Source of the DNA: Gemmatimonadota bacterium | GTDB taxonomy: Bacteria; Gemmatimonadota; Gemmatimonadetes; Gemmatimonadales; GWC2-71-9 | Assembly: GCA_036679605.1 (NCBI GenBank) | Contig: JAZDCZ010000233.1 | Span: 1 to 12,578, forward strand | DNA length: 12,578 nucleotides | Direction of reading: 5' to 3' | Shown here: piece by piece, positions 1-8,511 of the stretch | How the letters are laid out: every line of letters starts with the position of its first letter | Position numbering within the stretch: position 1 is the first letter of the stretch | The notes under the pieces: model-generated | Seen by the model: only the letters and a program-made list of their open reading frames with translations | Told to the model about the DNA's origin: nothing | The model's database searches: none | Program-made: the position numbers and the translations under genes

Positions 1-1095
1 GCGGGCCGCGCAGTTTTCGGTTCTCGTGTTTCCGTCATTCTCGCCCTGATGCTGGCCGTCGCTCCGTGGCACATCTATTGGTCCCAGGCGTCGCGCTTCT
101 ATTCGCAGCAGTTTCTGTTCTATTCATTGGCGTTGATCTGGTACTACCGGGCGACGGACGAGCGGTCGCGAGGTCGATTCGTTGCGGCGATGTTCGCCAT
201 GATGCTGGCGTTCTTGTCGCAGCCGACGGCGCTAATCATCTGCACGGTATTTGCCGCAGACTGGCTGCTCGGGATCGTGCGACGACAACCGGTGCGACTG
301 GGCGTGTTCGGTTGGGTGGCGGCGGTTTTGGCCACGAGCATGTGCGCCGCAAGCCTGGCGTACGACGTTTGGAATGTGCCGGACGACTGGACGAAGTTCG
401 CCGGTGATTTGTATCAGGCACCGTCAACCCTGATCCTGGGGGCGGTCTACATGATTGGCCCAGCCGTTGTACTCGTCGCTGCGCTGACCGCGTGGCGGAC
501 GGCGAGGGATGGGCAGCGCATCCTATGGTACTTGGTCCTCGCGGCGATCATACCGCTAACCCTCTATGCCATCATTTCAACCCGCAGTTATGTTGGGCTG
601 CGATACGTGTTCGTTTGTCTCTACGGATGGCTTGCCCTGGCGGCGCTCGGCACGGAGAAGCTCTACGTCTTGCTGCGCGATCAATGCGGTCGCGCCCTAG
701 CCGGCGCTCCGATTGGGATGCTGCTGGTCGCTATGCTATTGATGGACTACGGCTACTTCACCAGTGGCGCCGGGTTTCACACACGCTGGCAGGAAGCGTT
801 TGCGTACGTGGCCGCCCGTCGCAAACCCGGAGAGATGGTATTCTCCGACACACACTCCATGATCGGCCGATACTACTTGGAGGATTCATCGGTCGAAAGT
901 ATTCCGAAGTCGGCCGACGCCCTGCGGGCCCTAGATCATCCGGCCTGGGTGATCGTCGAGGCCGAAGACGTGATTCGGGGTGAAGTGAAGTCCTGGATCG
1001 GGGAAGTAGCGGAGTTGAAGGCCTATTTCGACCTGCGCGTGCTGCAGCCGTATTCGTCCACCCGCGTATATCACTACGAACCACGCGTGCCTTAA
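1..1095 (+). CDS. GT-C fold membrane glycosyltransferase (ArnT/PMT-like, GT39-type), 5'-truncated by the window edge
   Basis: Frame 1 is open from base 1 (AGRAVFGSRVSVILALM...) to TAA at 1093-1095. It has many hydrophobic helices, PMT_2-like motifs (PWHIYWSQASRFYS, LRYVF) and a soluble C-terminal tail (WQEAFAYV..., RYYL). Confidence 0.8.
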   Translation, partial: AGRAVFGSRVSVILALMLAVAPWHIYWSQASRFYSQQFLFYSLALIWYYRATDERSRGRFVAAMFAMMLAFLSQPTALIICTVFAADWLLGIVRRQPVRLGVFGWVAAVLATSMCAASLAYDVWNVPDDWTKFAGDLYQAPSTLILGAVYMIGPAVVLVAALTAWRTARDGQRILWYLVLAAIIPLTLYAIISTRSYVGLRYVFVCLYGWLALAALGTEKLYVLLRDQCGRALAGAPIGMLLVAMLLMDYGYFTSGAGFHTRWQEAFAYVAARRKPGEMVFSDTHSMIGRYYLEDSSVESIPKSADALRALDHPAWVIVEAEDVIRGEVKSWIGEVAELKAYFDLRVLQPYSSTRVYHYEPRVP

Positions 1096-1221
1096 CAGCT
1101 TGTTGAAAAAAGCCAATCTACCATGTGGTACCGGTTTCCAACTGGTGGAAACGGGTGTGGCACCGGCTTCCGCAGTGCGAACGCGGGTTGCAAGCCCGTG
1201 CCACGCCTCTTCAATAGGCCG
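1096..1221. mobile_element. MITE-like element B1 (shell family B) carrying GTGG-type REP-like hairpins
   Basis: Imperfect TIRs CAGCTTGTTGAA (1096-1107) and TTCAATAGGCCG (1210-1221), 9/12 complementary. Flanks are TTAA (1092-1095) and CTAA (1222-1225). Internal units: GTGGTACCGGTTTCCAACTGGTG (1125-1147), partial GTGGCACCGGCTTCC (1157-1171) and an inverted copy at 1181-1204. Confidence 0.65.
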
Positions 1222-1308
1222 CTAAGCGTAAGCGTGCGACGGTCGGTCGCGTCTGCCGCCCCATGGGGCGAGGAATCGAGCAGTTCGAGCAGGTTGGAAG
1301 AACGGTCC

Positions 1309-2991
1309 GTGACTGAGGAGCCCGTCTTGCGATCGCACCCCAAACGCGGTGTCCATCTTACGATGCGGCGGTGCTTTATTGTCCTCTGTCTGGCATTCAC
1401 CACGATCCAAAGCATCACGGCGTGGACCTGGGGTATGCCCGGCTACCGGTCCTGGGCCATCGATTCGGTCGGCGGGTTTCAGATCCTCGGCTGGGCTAAG
1501 GAAGGCATGCGGTATCCGGATGGCTTTGACGCCTGCTATCCCCCCGTGCACAAGTACGTTTTGGCGGGCGTCAGCGCGCCGGTATGCACTTGGTACTGGG
1601 CCACGGGAAGACTCCACGCCCTCGAGGAGGCTACACCTGCTCAACAGGTGTCGGCGCGATCAACGTTCCTCCGACTCGCTTCCATGACATCCATAGTCAT
1701 GGGCGTAGGAATCATGATTCTTCTATTCCGTCTGGGAAATCACTTCGGCGGTGAAGAGTGTGGGCTGCTGGCGGCGAGCCTCTGGAGTGGAACATATTTG
1801 GCCGCCTATTACGCACAAACCTCCAACCTCGATGTCCCATACATGTTTTGGTTTCTTTTGGCGCTTGAGAGATTACTCGCGTTTCACTGTAGCGGTCGCC
1901 TCTCCGTGCTTATCGCATCAGCAATCTGCGCAGCCCTCTCCGTGGGTACGAAGGATCAAGCCGCTGCCCTCATATTGGTTTTCCCTTGCCTCCTATTGTG
2001 GCCTCCCTTCCCGAACCGCGGAGGCCCCCACCCAACGGTTGGTCGCGCTCAGAGGCGCCTACTGTGCGTTTGGCTCGCAGTGGCTGCGGTTACCTATGGC
2101 ATCGTGAGTCAAGCCCTGCTGCGTCCAACGAACTACTGGAACCACCTGGAGACGGTCTTTGGATCGGCGCTTCGACCGGTGCAATCCGGCTTGGGCTGGT
2201 TCGATCTCCTGATCGCCTATGGCCGAGAGTTCTTGTGCTCCGCCCATCCGCTCCTCTTAGTCGTCCTGGCAGCGGGGACAGTCCGCCTGCTTGTAAAGTC
2301 GCCGCGCGTGTTCTTGTGGTTGACTGCTCCAGTTGTGGCGTTCCACGTTGCCTTCCTCGGCGCTTCCGGCATCCTTGCGAGCAGGTTTTTGCTGCCACAC
2401 CTTACTCTCATGGCGTTGATGGCGGGGATTTCTGCCGGGATTTGCTTGCGTCGCCTCCACTGCGCCAAGGGCTGGGCGGTTCCCGTGCTCGCCTTTCTGT
2501 TCCATTTTTCGGGGTTTTCATTGACCCTGTTGCTCTGGCACGACCCGCGCGCGCGCGCGGAGCGTTGGTTCGACGATCACCCCGATGTCGCGAACTCGCT
2601 CGCGACGTATTGCAAGTACGATGAGTATCTTCCACTCTATGCCCAACTGAACGCCGTGCGCGTGAAACCCATCGAGGGGCGACCCGTCGAGCCAATAGAT
2701 GAGCACCTCATCTGCGTTTCCGACAATTATGATCGATATCTACGCTCGGGCGACTCTGGCAGCCAGGAGGCGTGGAGAAGACTGCTTTCTGGAGCGGGGG
2801 ACTTCGAAGTATTGAAGATTCTCAATGCACCTTCGGTCCCGTTTCCTTGGGACCGCATCAACGACTGCCGTCCGAACATCCCGGGCCTCGCGCAGACAAT
2901 TAGGATTCTCCGGCGGAAGGCCGTTTATCCATCGCGCAACGAAGCTGTCGTCCCAATTGAGCATCCGGTTCGGCATCGGTTACAGCCCTGA
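1309..2991 (+). CDS. GT-C fold membrane glycosyltransferase (ArnT/PMT-like, GT39-type)
   Basis: Part of ORF 1123-2991. The real start is likely GTG 1309 (GGAAGA upstream) or ATG 1363, because the upstream extension reads through the repeat element. Motifs WGMPGYRSWAID, YPPVH, NLDVPYMFW, GTKDQA and RFLLP, plus about 10-12 TM segments. Confidence 0.8.
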   Translation: MTEEPVLRSHPKRGVHLTMRRCFIVLCLAFTTIQSITAWTWGMPGYRSWAIDSVGGFQILGWAKEGMRYPDGFDACYPPVHKYVLAGVSAPVCTWYWATGRLHALEEATPAQQVSARSTFLRLASMTSIVMGVGIMILLFRLGNHFGGEECGLLAASLWSGTYLAAYYAQTSNLDVPYMFWFLLALERLLAFHCSGRLSVLIASAICAALSVGTKDQAAALILVFPCLLLWPPFPNRGGPHPTVGRAQRRLLCVWLAVAAVTYGIVSQALLRPTNYWNHLETVFGSALRPVQSGLGWFDLLIAYGREFLCSAHPLLLVVLAAGTVRLLVKSPRVFLWLTAPVVAFHVAFLGASGILASRFLLPHLTLMALMAGISAGICLRRLHCAKGWAVPVLAFLFHFSGFSLTLLLWHDPRARAERWFDDHPDVANSLATYCKYDEYLPLYAQLNAVRVKPIEGRPVEPIDEHLICVSDNYDRYLRSGDSGSQEAWRRLLSGAGDFEVLKILNAPSVPFPWDRINDCRPNIPGLAQTIRILRRKAVYPSRNEAVVPIEHPVRHRLQP

Positions 2992-3412
2992 ATTGGATCC
3001 TGTTTACGTGAGGGTCTTTGGTGACCTGGAGTTGGGCAGAAGGATTCATGATTACAGGCGAGTGCCCCACTCCCGCACAGATTATCGCCTTGCTGAGTGA
3101 GGCCGATGCACTCCCAACGCGGGTCTCTCGGCACCAATTCTATGGAGAGGCGGTAGTGCTTCAAGCACTGCCTACGATTCTGAGGTTGCCACCGAGCGTC
3201 ATGGACTGAGTCTTGGGCGTTGCGCCGACCGGACAGGTCGATTCCAATGGGAATCCTCGACCTTCGGGCGGATTGGGAAGAACCGTTCGCTAGAACGGCG
3301 CCGGAAGACCGTGTGAGCGGAGAATCTTGGGTGTCCACTCTCGCACCCCGTTAATCACGCACGGGTCCGGAAACTCGCCCGATGGCGTTGCTCGATCGAA
3401 CGGCTTGTATCC

Positions 3413-4642
3413 ATGCGAGATCACAGATTGGCTCCTACAATGCCTGATTCTGGAAAGTGGACTGCATGGTGGAAGTTCCTTTGGATCCCCAGTTTGGGAT
3501 TCCTCCTGTGCTCGATGTACGGAAAGTACGGCGCCCCGGGTGAGTTCTTCGTACGGCCCTTCAACTTGGGCAACGAAATGAATCTCGCCGTGTGGTGGTC
3601 CGGTGTTCAGTTCTTGTGGTTTGCCCTGCTCGCATGTTCTCTTGCGACCGCATTGCGTGGCACCGACAAAGTCGCCGCTCGGGCACTCCTGGCTCTGGGA
3701 TTCGTCGGATTCGCGATGTTCGCTGACGAAATCGGCTCCTTCCATGAGCGAGTTTCTCTGTTTGTTCCGTTCGAGGGGGATTTTGCCCTGCTGCCTTTCG
3801 CCGTGGTTGGCGGCGCGCTCGCGGCGTACGGCATACGGGGCTTGTTCTCACGACGTGAACTCTTGGGACGCGCGTGGTTGCTGGTTCTCTACGCCCTGGG
3901 GCTCCTTGCAAGTGTGTACTTGCATGAATTTGCCGGACGTCGCTTTCACTGGGCGTTCTGGACAGAAGGGATTCGCCTTGTCGCGGAGGAAGGCACCGAA
4001 TTAGCCGGTGTGTTCCTCTTGCTGGTAGCGATGGTCCACATCCAACGTCGTTTAGGCTATCCGAGCGTGCGTCTGTTACCCGCCCGCGAACCGGTCATAT
4101 GGGCAACCAAGTGGTGTGTGGCGCTGGCCCTACCGGTCATCGTCGTTCGATGTGCCATGACATCGGAGCAACTTGCTTTTCCGATCCGAGGGGACTTCGG
4201 CAGCGTCATCCCCATGTTCCTCTTCGCCATCAGTGCGTCAATCGCGGTCGAGCGGGGACAGCGCGACCGCGGCCCCCGCCACCGCTGGTGGATCCTCGCC
4301 GGCGCATTGACGATCCTTTCAATGGACGCCGAAGTACGCATCCATCACTACATACTCTACGGCGCCGAGGCGCTTCGCTGGCGGCCGGAGATCGGGCTGC
4401 TCTGGGGCGTGCCCTTGATTGCGGCTGCGGCGGCTTCGGTCCCGGCCTTGAGGCGCCGTAAGCTGTACCTCTACGCGGGGGCGGCGTTTGCGCTTGTCTT
4501 GATCGCGGTGGTCGTCTCGAACCCGTTCCTCTCCTGGGTCACCACGTACCTCGTCGCCTTCGCATCGGTCGCGCTTCTTCACCGCTGGGGTGGCGAAAGA
4601 TTGGAGAGCATGAAATGTCAGCCGGCACGGGTAGCCGTTTGA
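3413..4642 (+). CDS. Hypothetical polytopic membrane protein with acidic/His motifs
   Basis: 409-aa hydrophobic ORF (alternative start ATG 3440) with motifs FNLGNEMNLAVWWS, DEIGSFHER and EEGTELAG. It is co-oriented with the locus. Confidence 0.7.
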   Translation: MRDHRLAPTMPDSGKWTAWWKFLWIPSLGFLLCSMYGKYGAPGEFFVRPFNLGNEMNLAVWWSGVQFLWFALLACSLATALRGTDKVAARALLALGFVGFAMFADEIGSFHERVSLFVPFEGDFALLPFAVVGGALAAYGIRGLFSRRELLGRAWLLVLYALGLLASVYLHEFAGRRFHWAFWTEGIRLVAEEGTELAGVFLLLVAMVHIQRRLGYPSVRLLPAREPVIWATKWCVALALPVIVVRCAMTSEQLAFPIRGDFGSVIPMFLFAISASIAVERGQRDRGPRHRWWILAGALTILSMDAEVRIHHYILYGAEALRWRPEIGLLWGVPLIAAAAASVPALRRRKLYLYAGAAFALVLIAVVVSNPFLSWVTTYLVAFASVALLHRWGGERLESMKCQPARVAV

Positions 4643-4757
4643 TTGCCCAGATAGGAATCGGAGCGGACCGTTGGGCCGGCGTATAGCAGTGCGTTCAAGT
4701 CCTGGCGTGGGTTCCTCCGCAGGGTCTGGCACCGCAACCATCCAACACAGAATCATC

Positions 4758-5618
4758 ATGCAGCCGGTCAAGGCCGTTGGTCGAGAGGACGTTCGCACTC
4801 CGCTTCTGGTTGATGCTCATGCTCACGTCCACGCTTGCTTTGACCTTTGCGATTTTGTTGGGTCGGCTTGTGACAACTTCGAAGCGGCGAAGACCGCACT
4901 ACAACTGCCCGCTGTCTCGGAGGGGTGCTTGATCTTGATGGAGTCGAACGGCTCACGAGCGTTCGCGGCCCTCGGGGAGCGCGCCGCCACAGGAAAAAAC
5001 ATTGGTCCGTGGCAATTTGTTCCGACCGATGAGGAAGATTCGCTGGCATTGGCCACATCGGGCAGAGGCACCCTGTTCCTCGTGGCCGGTCAACAGATGG
5101 CCACACGGGAAGGCGTCGAAGTGCTTGCGCTCGCCTGTGATCGAGAGATTCCGGATGGGATGGCGCTCCGAGACACAATCGAGCAGATCCACGCGCTGGA
5201 GGCCATCCCGGTCCTGCCCTGGGGATTCGGAAAGTGGTGGTTCCGGCGGTACAAGATCGTGCGAGATCTGTTGCAGGTGGCGGAGCCGGGATCCGTCTTC
5301 ATCGGGGACAGTGCGGGGCGGTTGGGATGGGCGCCACGATCACGAATCTTCGCGCTGGCGAGTTCTCGGGGAATCCTTAATCTCCCCGGCACAGACCCCC
5401 TTCCGTTTCCTAACCAGGCTAAGAAGCCGGGAAGATTCGGGTTTGTGCTCGAGGGGCGGTTCGAACATCGACGGCCCGCTGCCGGCATCAGAGATCTATT
5501 GTGCAACTTAGTGGAACAGCCTTCCACTTACGGACGCGGTGACAGTCTGCCGACGGTCTTACGCTCGCAGGTCGCCATGCATTTCGGCCGGCGAGGTGCC
5601 GTCGAATCTTGGCGATGA
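4758..5618 (+). CDS. PHP-like/amidohydrolase-fold putative metal-dependent phosphoesterase
   Basis: N-terminal VDAHAHVH (DxHxH), central GQQMATREGVEVLAL and PVLPWGFGKW, and C-terminal GTD (the GSD equivalent of PHP domains). The in-frame ATG at 4758 is preferred over TTG 4671, but the start is uncertain. Confidence 0.6.
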   Translation: MQPVKAVGREDVRTPLLVDAHAHVHACFDLCDFVGSACDNFEAAKTALQLPAVSEGCLILMESNGSRAFAALGERAATGKNIGPWQFVPTDEEDSLALATSGRGTLFLVAGQQMATREGVEVLALACDREIPDGMALRDTIEQIHALEAIPVLPWGFGKWWFRRYKIVRDLLQVAEPGSVFIGDSAGRLGWAPRSRIFALASSRGILNLPGTDPLPFPNQAKKPGRFGFVLEGRFEHRRPAAGIRDLLCNLVEQPSTYGRGDSLPTVLRSQVAMHFGRRGAVESWR

Positions 5619-5743
5619 CCATGCGGAACTGGTTTGCTTCGAAAGGTGGAGTCTTGTCATCGGGGCGTGAGATAGTCGCTGATGTACCCTTGCCGTGGCG
5701 TCGACGGTCGTTCTGAGGTTCGCCCGGAAAGGTAAGTAACGGC

Positions 5744-6916
5744 ATGCGGATACTGCTGCTTGCTCCTCATCCCTTCTATCAAGATCGCGGAACGCCGATC
5801 GATGTCTATCTGCTCCTCCGGGTCATGTCTGAATGTGGACATACCGTTGACGTAGTCACTTACCACGAGGGGCGAGCAATTGATCTTGAGGGGGTCACGC
5901 TTCATCGCATTCCTTCTCTGCCTCTGTTGCGCAACATCCGGCCGGGTTTTTCCATCAAGAAGGTGATCTGCGACTTCCTTATGCTCCTTCCGGTCCTGCG
6001 ACTCGTTCGAAAGAACCGGTATGCTGTGTCTCACGCCGTTGAGGAATCAGTGTTTATTCTCCGGATTCTCAAAGCGCTGATGGGCATTCCCTATGTTTAC
6101 GACATGGATTCTTCCCTGCCGCAGCAAATGATCGAGAAGCACCCATCTCTCGTGCTGTTCTCTCGCCTGATGCAGTATTGTGAAGGATGCGCGGTAGGGG
6201 GGGCGCTGGCCGTGGTTCCCGTTTGCGATGCACTTGCGGAGGGAATAGCCAAGCATAACCCTGCCCATGTTGTTGTTCTCAACGATATCTCTCTGTTGGA
6301 GGAGGGATCTCCTGACCGCATGGATTTGCGAACCGAGTTGAGCATCAACGGCCTTCTCCTCATGTACGTTGGGAACCTCGAGCAATACCAGGGGGTCGAC
6401 CTCTTGCTCCACAGCTTCGCCGAAACCGCAAAGCAAGATACCGAAGAGGCGCATTTGGTCATCGTGGGAGGTGAGAGCTCGGACATCACGCGTTATCGCG
6501 TACTTTGTGATCGGCTCCGCATCCAGAATCGCGTACACTGGCTCGGGCCCAAGCCGATTGCCGATCTGGGTGCCTATCTTCGCGAAGCCGATATCCTTGT
6601 CTCGCCTCGCATAAAGGGCAAGAACACGCCGATGAAGATCTACTCCTACCTACACAGCGGAAAAGCGATTCTCGCCACAGACCTCCTCACCCACACGCAG
6701 GTGCTCAGTGGTGAGGTCGCCCTCCTCGCGGAGACCTCCGTACCTGCGTTCTCGCGAGCGCTTCTTCGGCTCATGCGGGATGCTGACCTTAGAGCGAAAC
6801 TGGGCAACGCGGGCAAGCAACTCATCGAGCGGAAGTACAGCTATCGGGTGTACCGCCAGAAGGTGCATGACCTCTTGGACTGGCTCGAAACCCAAGTGGA
6901 ACGACGGGCAGGTTAG
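5744..6916 (+). CDS. Glycosyltransferase family 4 (GT-B)
   Basis: 390 aa. Contains MRILLLAPHPF, YVGNLEQYQGVDLL, ADILVSPR and TPMKIYSYLHSGKAILAT (the GT1/GT4 C-terminal domain pattern). AAGGT lies upstream of the start. Confidence 0.9.
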   Translation: MRILLLAPHPFYQDRGTPIDVYLLLRVMSECGHTVDVVTYHEGRAIDLEGVTLHRIPSLPLLRNIRPGFSIKKVICDFLMLLPVLRLVRKNRYAVSHAVEESVFILRILKALMGIPYVYDMDSSLPQQMIEKHPSLVLFSRLMQYCEGCAVGGALAVVPVCDALAEGIAKHNPAHVVVLNDISLLEEGSPDRMDLRTELSINGLLLMYVGNLEQYQGVDLLLHSFAETAKQDTEEAHLVIVGGESSDITRYRVLCDRLRIQNRVHWLGPKPIADLGAYLREADILVSPRIKGKNTPMKIYSYLHSGKAILATDLLTHTQVLSGEVALLAETSVPAFSRALLRLMRDADLRAKLGNAGKQLIERKYSYRVYRQKVHDLLDWLETQVERRAG

Positions 6917-6948
6917 ACCCGATGCTCGGATCGCAGAGCCGGCGGTAG

Positions 6949-7090
6949 CACGACAGCGCTAGGTGAGCGAATTCCACCCGAGCCGCTGGCTTCAGCCTGC
7001 GCGGTTGTCCCAATTGAGGTGCCCTCACGGGGTCGAAAGAGCGCGCGGGCTAAAGACCGCGGCTCAGGAATGTCATCGAGCGCTGTCGTA
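6949..7090. mobile_element. MITE-like element A3 (shell family A) carrying an inverted GAGC-type REP pair
   Basis: TIRs CACGACAGCGCT (6949-6960) and AGCGCTGTCGTA (7079-7090), 11/12. Exact GTAG direct repeats at 6945-6948 and 7091-7094. Internal inverted pair 6980-7003 and 7042-7065 (20/24 complementary). Confidence 0.7.
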
Positions 7091-7095
7091 GTAGG

Positions 7096-8511
7096 ATGAT
7101 CGAACGGAACCTCAGCTTGGCGAGTGGCCGGACGCACGACCTGATCGTCGTTGGTGGTGGAATCTACGGTGCTACGCTGGTGCTCCAAGCCGCCCGGCGA
7201 GGTTTGAAACCCCTGCTCGTGGAACGAGATGATTATGGGGGGGCGACGTCGTTCAATAGCCTCAGAATCCTTCACGGCGGGCTTCGATATCTTCAGACGC
7301 TGGACTTCCGCCGTCACCGGGAATCGGTTGAGTCGCAAAACTGGTTCATTCAGCACTTTTCGGAATTGGTCGAGCCCCTGCCGTGCCTCATGCCGTTGTA
7401 CGGACAAGGTGTTCGACGCCCCGTTGTACTCCGCGCCGTGCTTGCGTTGAATCGATTCCTATCCGGTGGAGAAAGACGTCGTCGTGATGCCAATTGCATG
7501 CGGCCTCTTGATCGAGTCCTTAATCCGTCCGAGACGGCATCGGTGTTTCCCTTGGTCGATCGCACCGGACTTCGCGGCGGCGCCTTATGGCATGATCTGG
7601 TGATCCCCAATGCGCCAAGAATGATCGTCGAGATTCTGCGGTGGGCATGTGCTTGCGGTGCTTCCTGCCTCAACTACGTCGATGCGGTGGAGTTGATGAC
7701 CAACGGGAGGCAGGTCGAGGGCATCTCGTGTCTCGATCGCCTCGGTGGTGCCACGATCGAGGTGCGGGCACCGGTTGTGGTGAATTGCGCGGGTCCGTGG
7801 TGCTGGCGCGTCGCGGGTCGGTTCGATCGAGAATTGGAACGTCTTTTTCGACCGTGTCTGGTGTTCAATGCGATCATCGATCGCGAACCGCCGGCGATGC
7901 AAGCGTTGGCGGTGACGCCGAGGCGGCCCGGTGCAAGGACGTATTTTCTCTACCCCTTCCAGGGAGGAACCCTCGCCGGAACATTTCATGCACCGTCCGA
8001 TGGGGAGGTGGATCATCCGCGTGCGGAAGAATCGCACCTGGCTGATTTCCTCTTCGATCTCAATGACGCCATTCCAGGCCTGGACTTCAAGCGGGAGGAT
8101 ATCCGACGCGTGCTCCCCGGATTCATGCCCGCCACCAAGGCTGGGAGCGCCGAGTTGGCATCGCGACCCGTCGTGCTCGATCACGGGGCGCACGGCGGAC
8201 CTCGTGGCCTGTTCAGTGTTTCCGGCGTGAAGTTCACCACCGCCCCGCGGGTAGCGGGAAGGATTCTGAAGATCATTTTCCCCGGTCTCACGCCGGTCTC
8301 GTCGCCCATTGACCGTCCGAAGTCGATCGGATGTCCCGATGCGGAGACGATCCGGCGGCTCCTGCGCGACGAGCCAGAGACGGCCGCCGTACTCGTGCGA
8401 CGGTTGGTCCGCGAGGAATCGGTGCTCCACCTCGATGACCTCGGGGCGAATCCGAATCAGGCCGATGCCAAGGACGACTGCGTCAACGCCAGGCCTCCGT
8501 TCCTCCGATGA
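7096..8511 (+). CDS. GlpD-like FAD-dependent oxidoreductase (glycerol-3-phosphate dehydrogenase/oxidase family), C-terminus possibly truncated
   Basis: FAD-binding DLIVVGGGIYG, the GlpD signature DYGGATSFNSLRILHGGLRYL, VVNCAGPW, GVKFTTA and EESVLHLDDL. Confidence 0.85.
   Translation: MIERNLSLASGRTHDLIVVGGGIYGATLVLQAARRGLKPLLVERDDYGGATSFNSLRILHGGLRYLQTLDFRRHRESVESQNWFIQHFSELVEPLPCLMPLYGQGVRRPVVLRAVLALNRFLSGGERRRRDANCMRPLDRVLNPSETASVFPLVDRTGLRGGALWHDLVIPNAPRMIVEILRWACACGASCLNYVDAVELMTNGRQVEGISCLDRLGGATIEVRAPVVVNCAGPWCWRVAGRFDRELERLFRPCLVFNAIIDREPPAMQALAVTPRRPGARTYFLYPFQGGTLAGTFHAPSDGEVDHPRAEESHLADFLFDLNDAIPGLDFKREDIRRVLPGFMPATKAGSAELASRPVVLDHGAHGGPRGLFSVSGVKFTTAPRVAGRILKIIFPGLTPVSSPIDRPKSIGCPDAETIRRLLRDEPETAAVLVRRLVREESVLHLDDLGANPNQADAKDDCVNARPPFLR

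Noticed and set aside
1123..1308. N-terminal extension of the 622-aa ORF
   Set aside because: It reads through repeat element B1 (WYRFPTG matches the translation of the REP array) and is low-complexity. A later start is more plausible.
3018..3209. Small CDS in the intergenic gap
   Set aside because: It has poor RBS spacing and no recognisable motif, so it is not supportable as a gene. It is noted only within the intergenic finding.
7585..8430. 281-aa antisense ORF
   Set aside because: It lies entirely opposite the GlpD-like gene and has no recognisable motifs.
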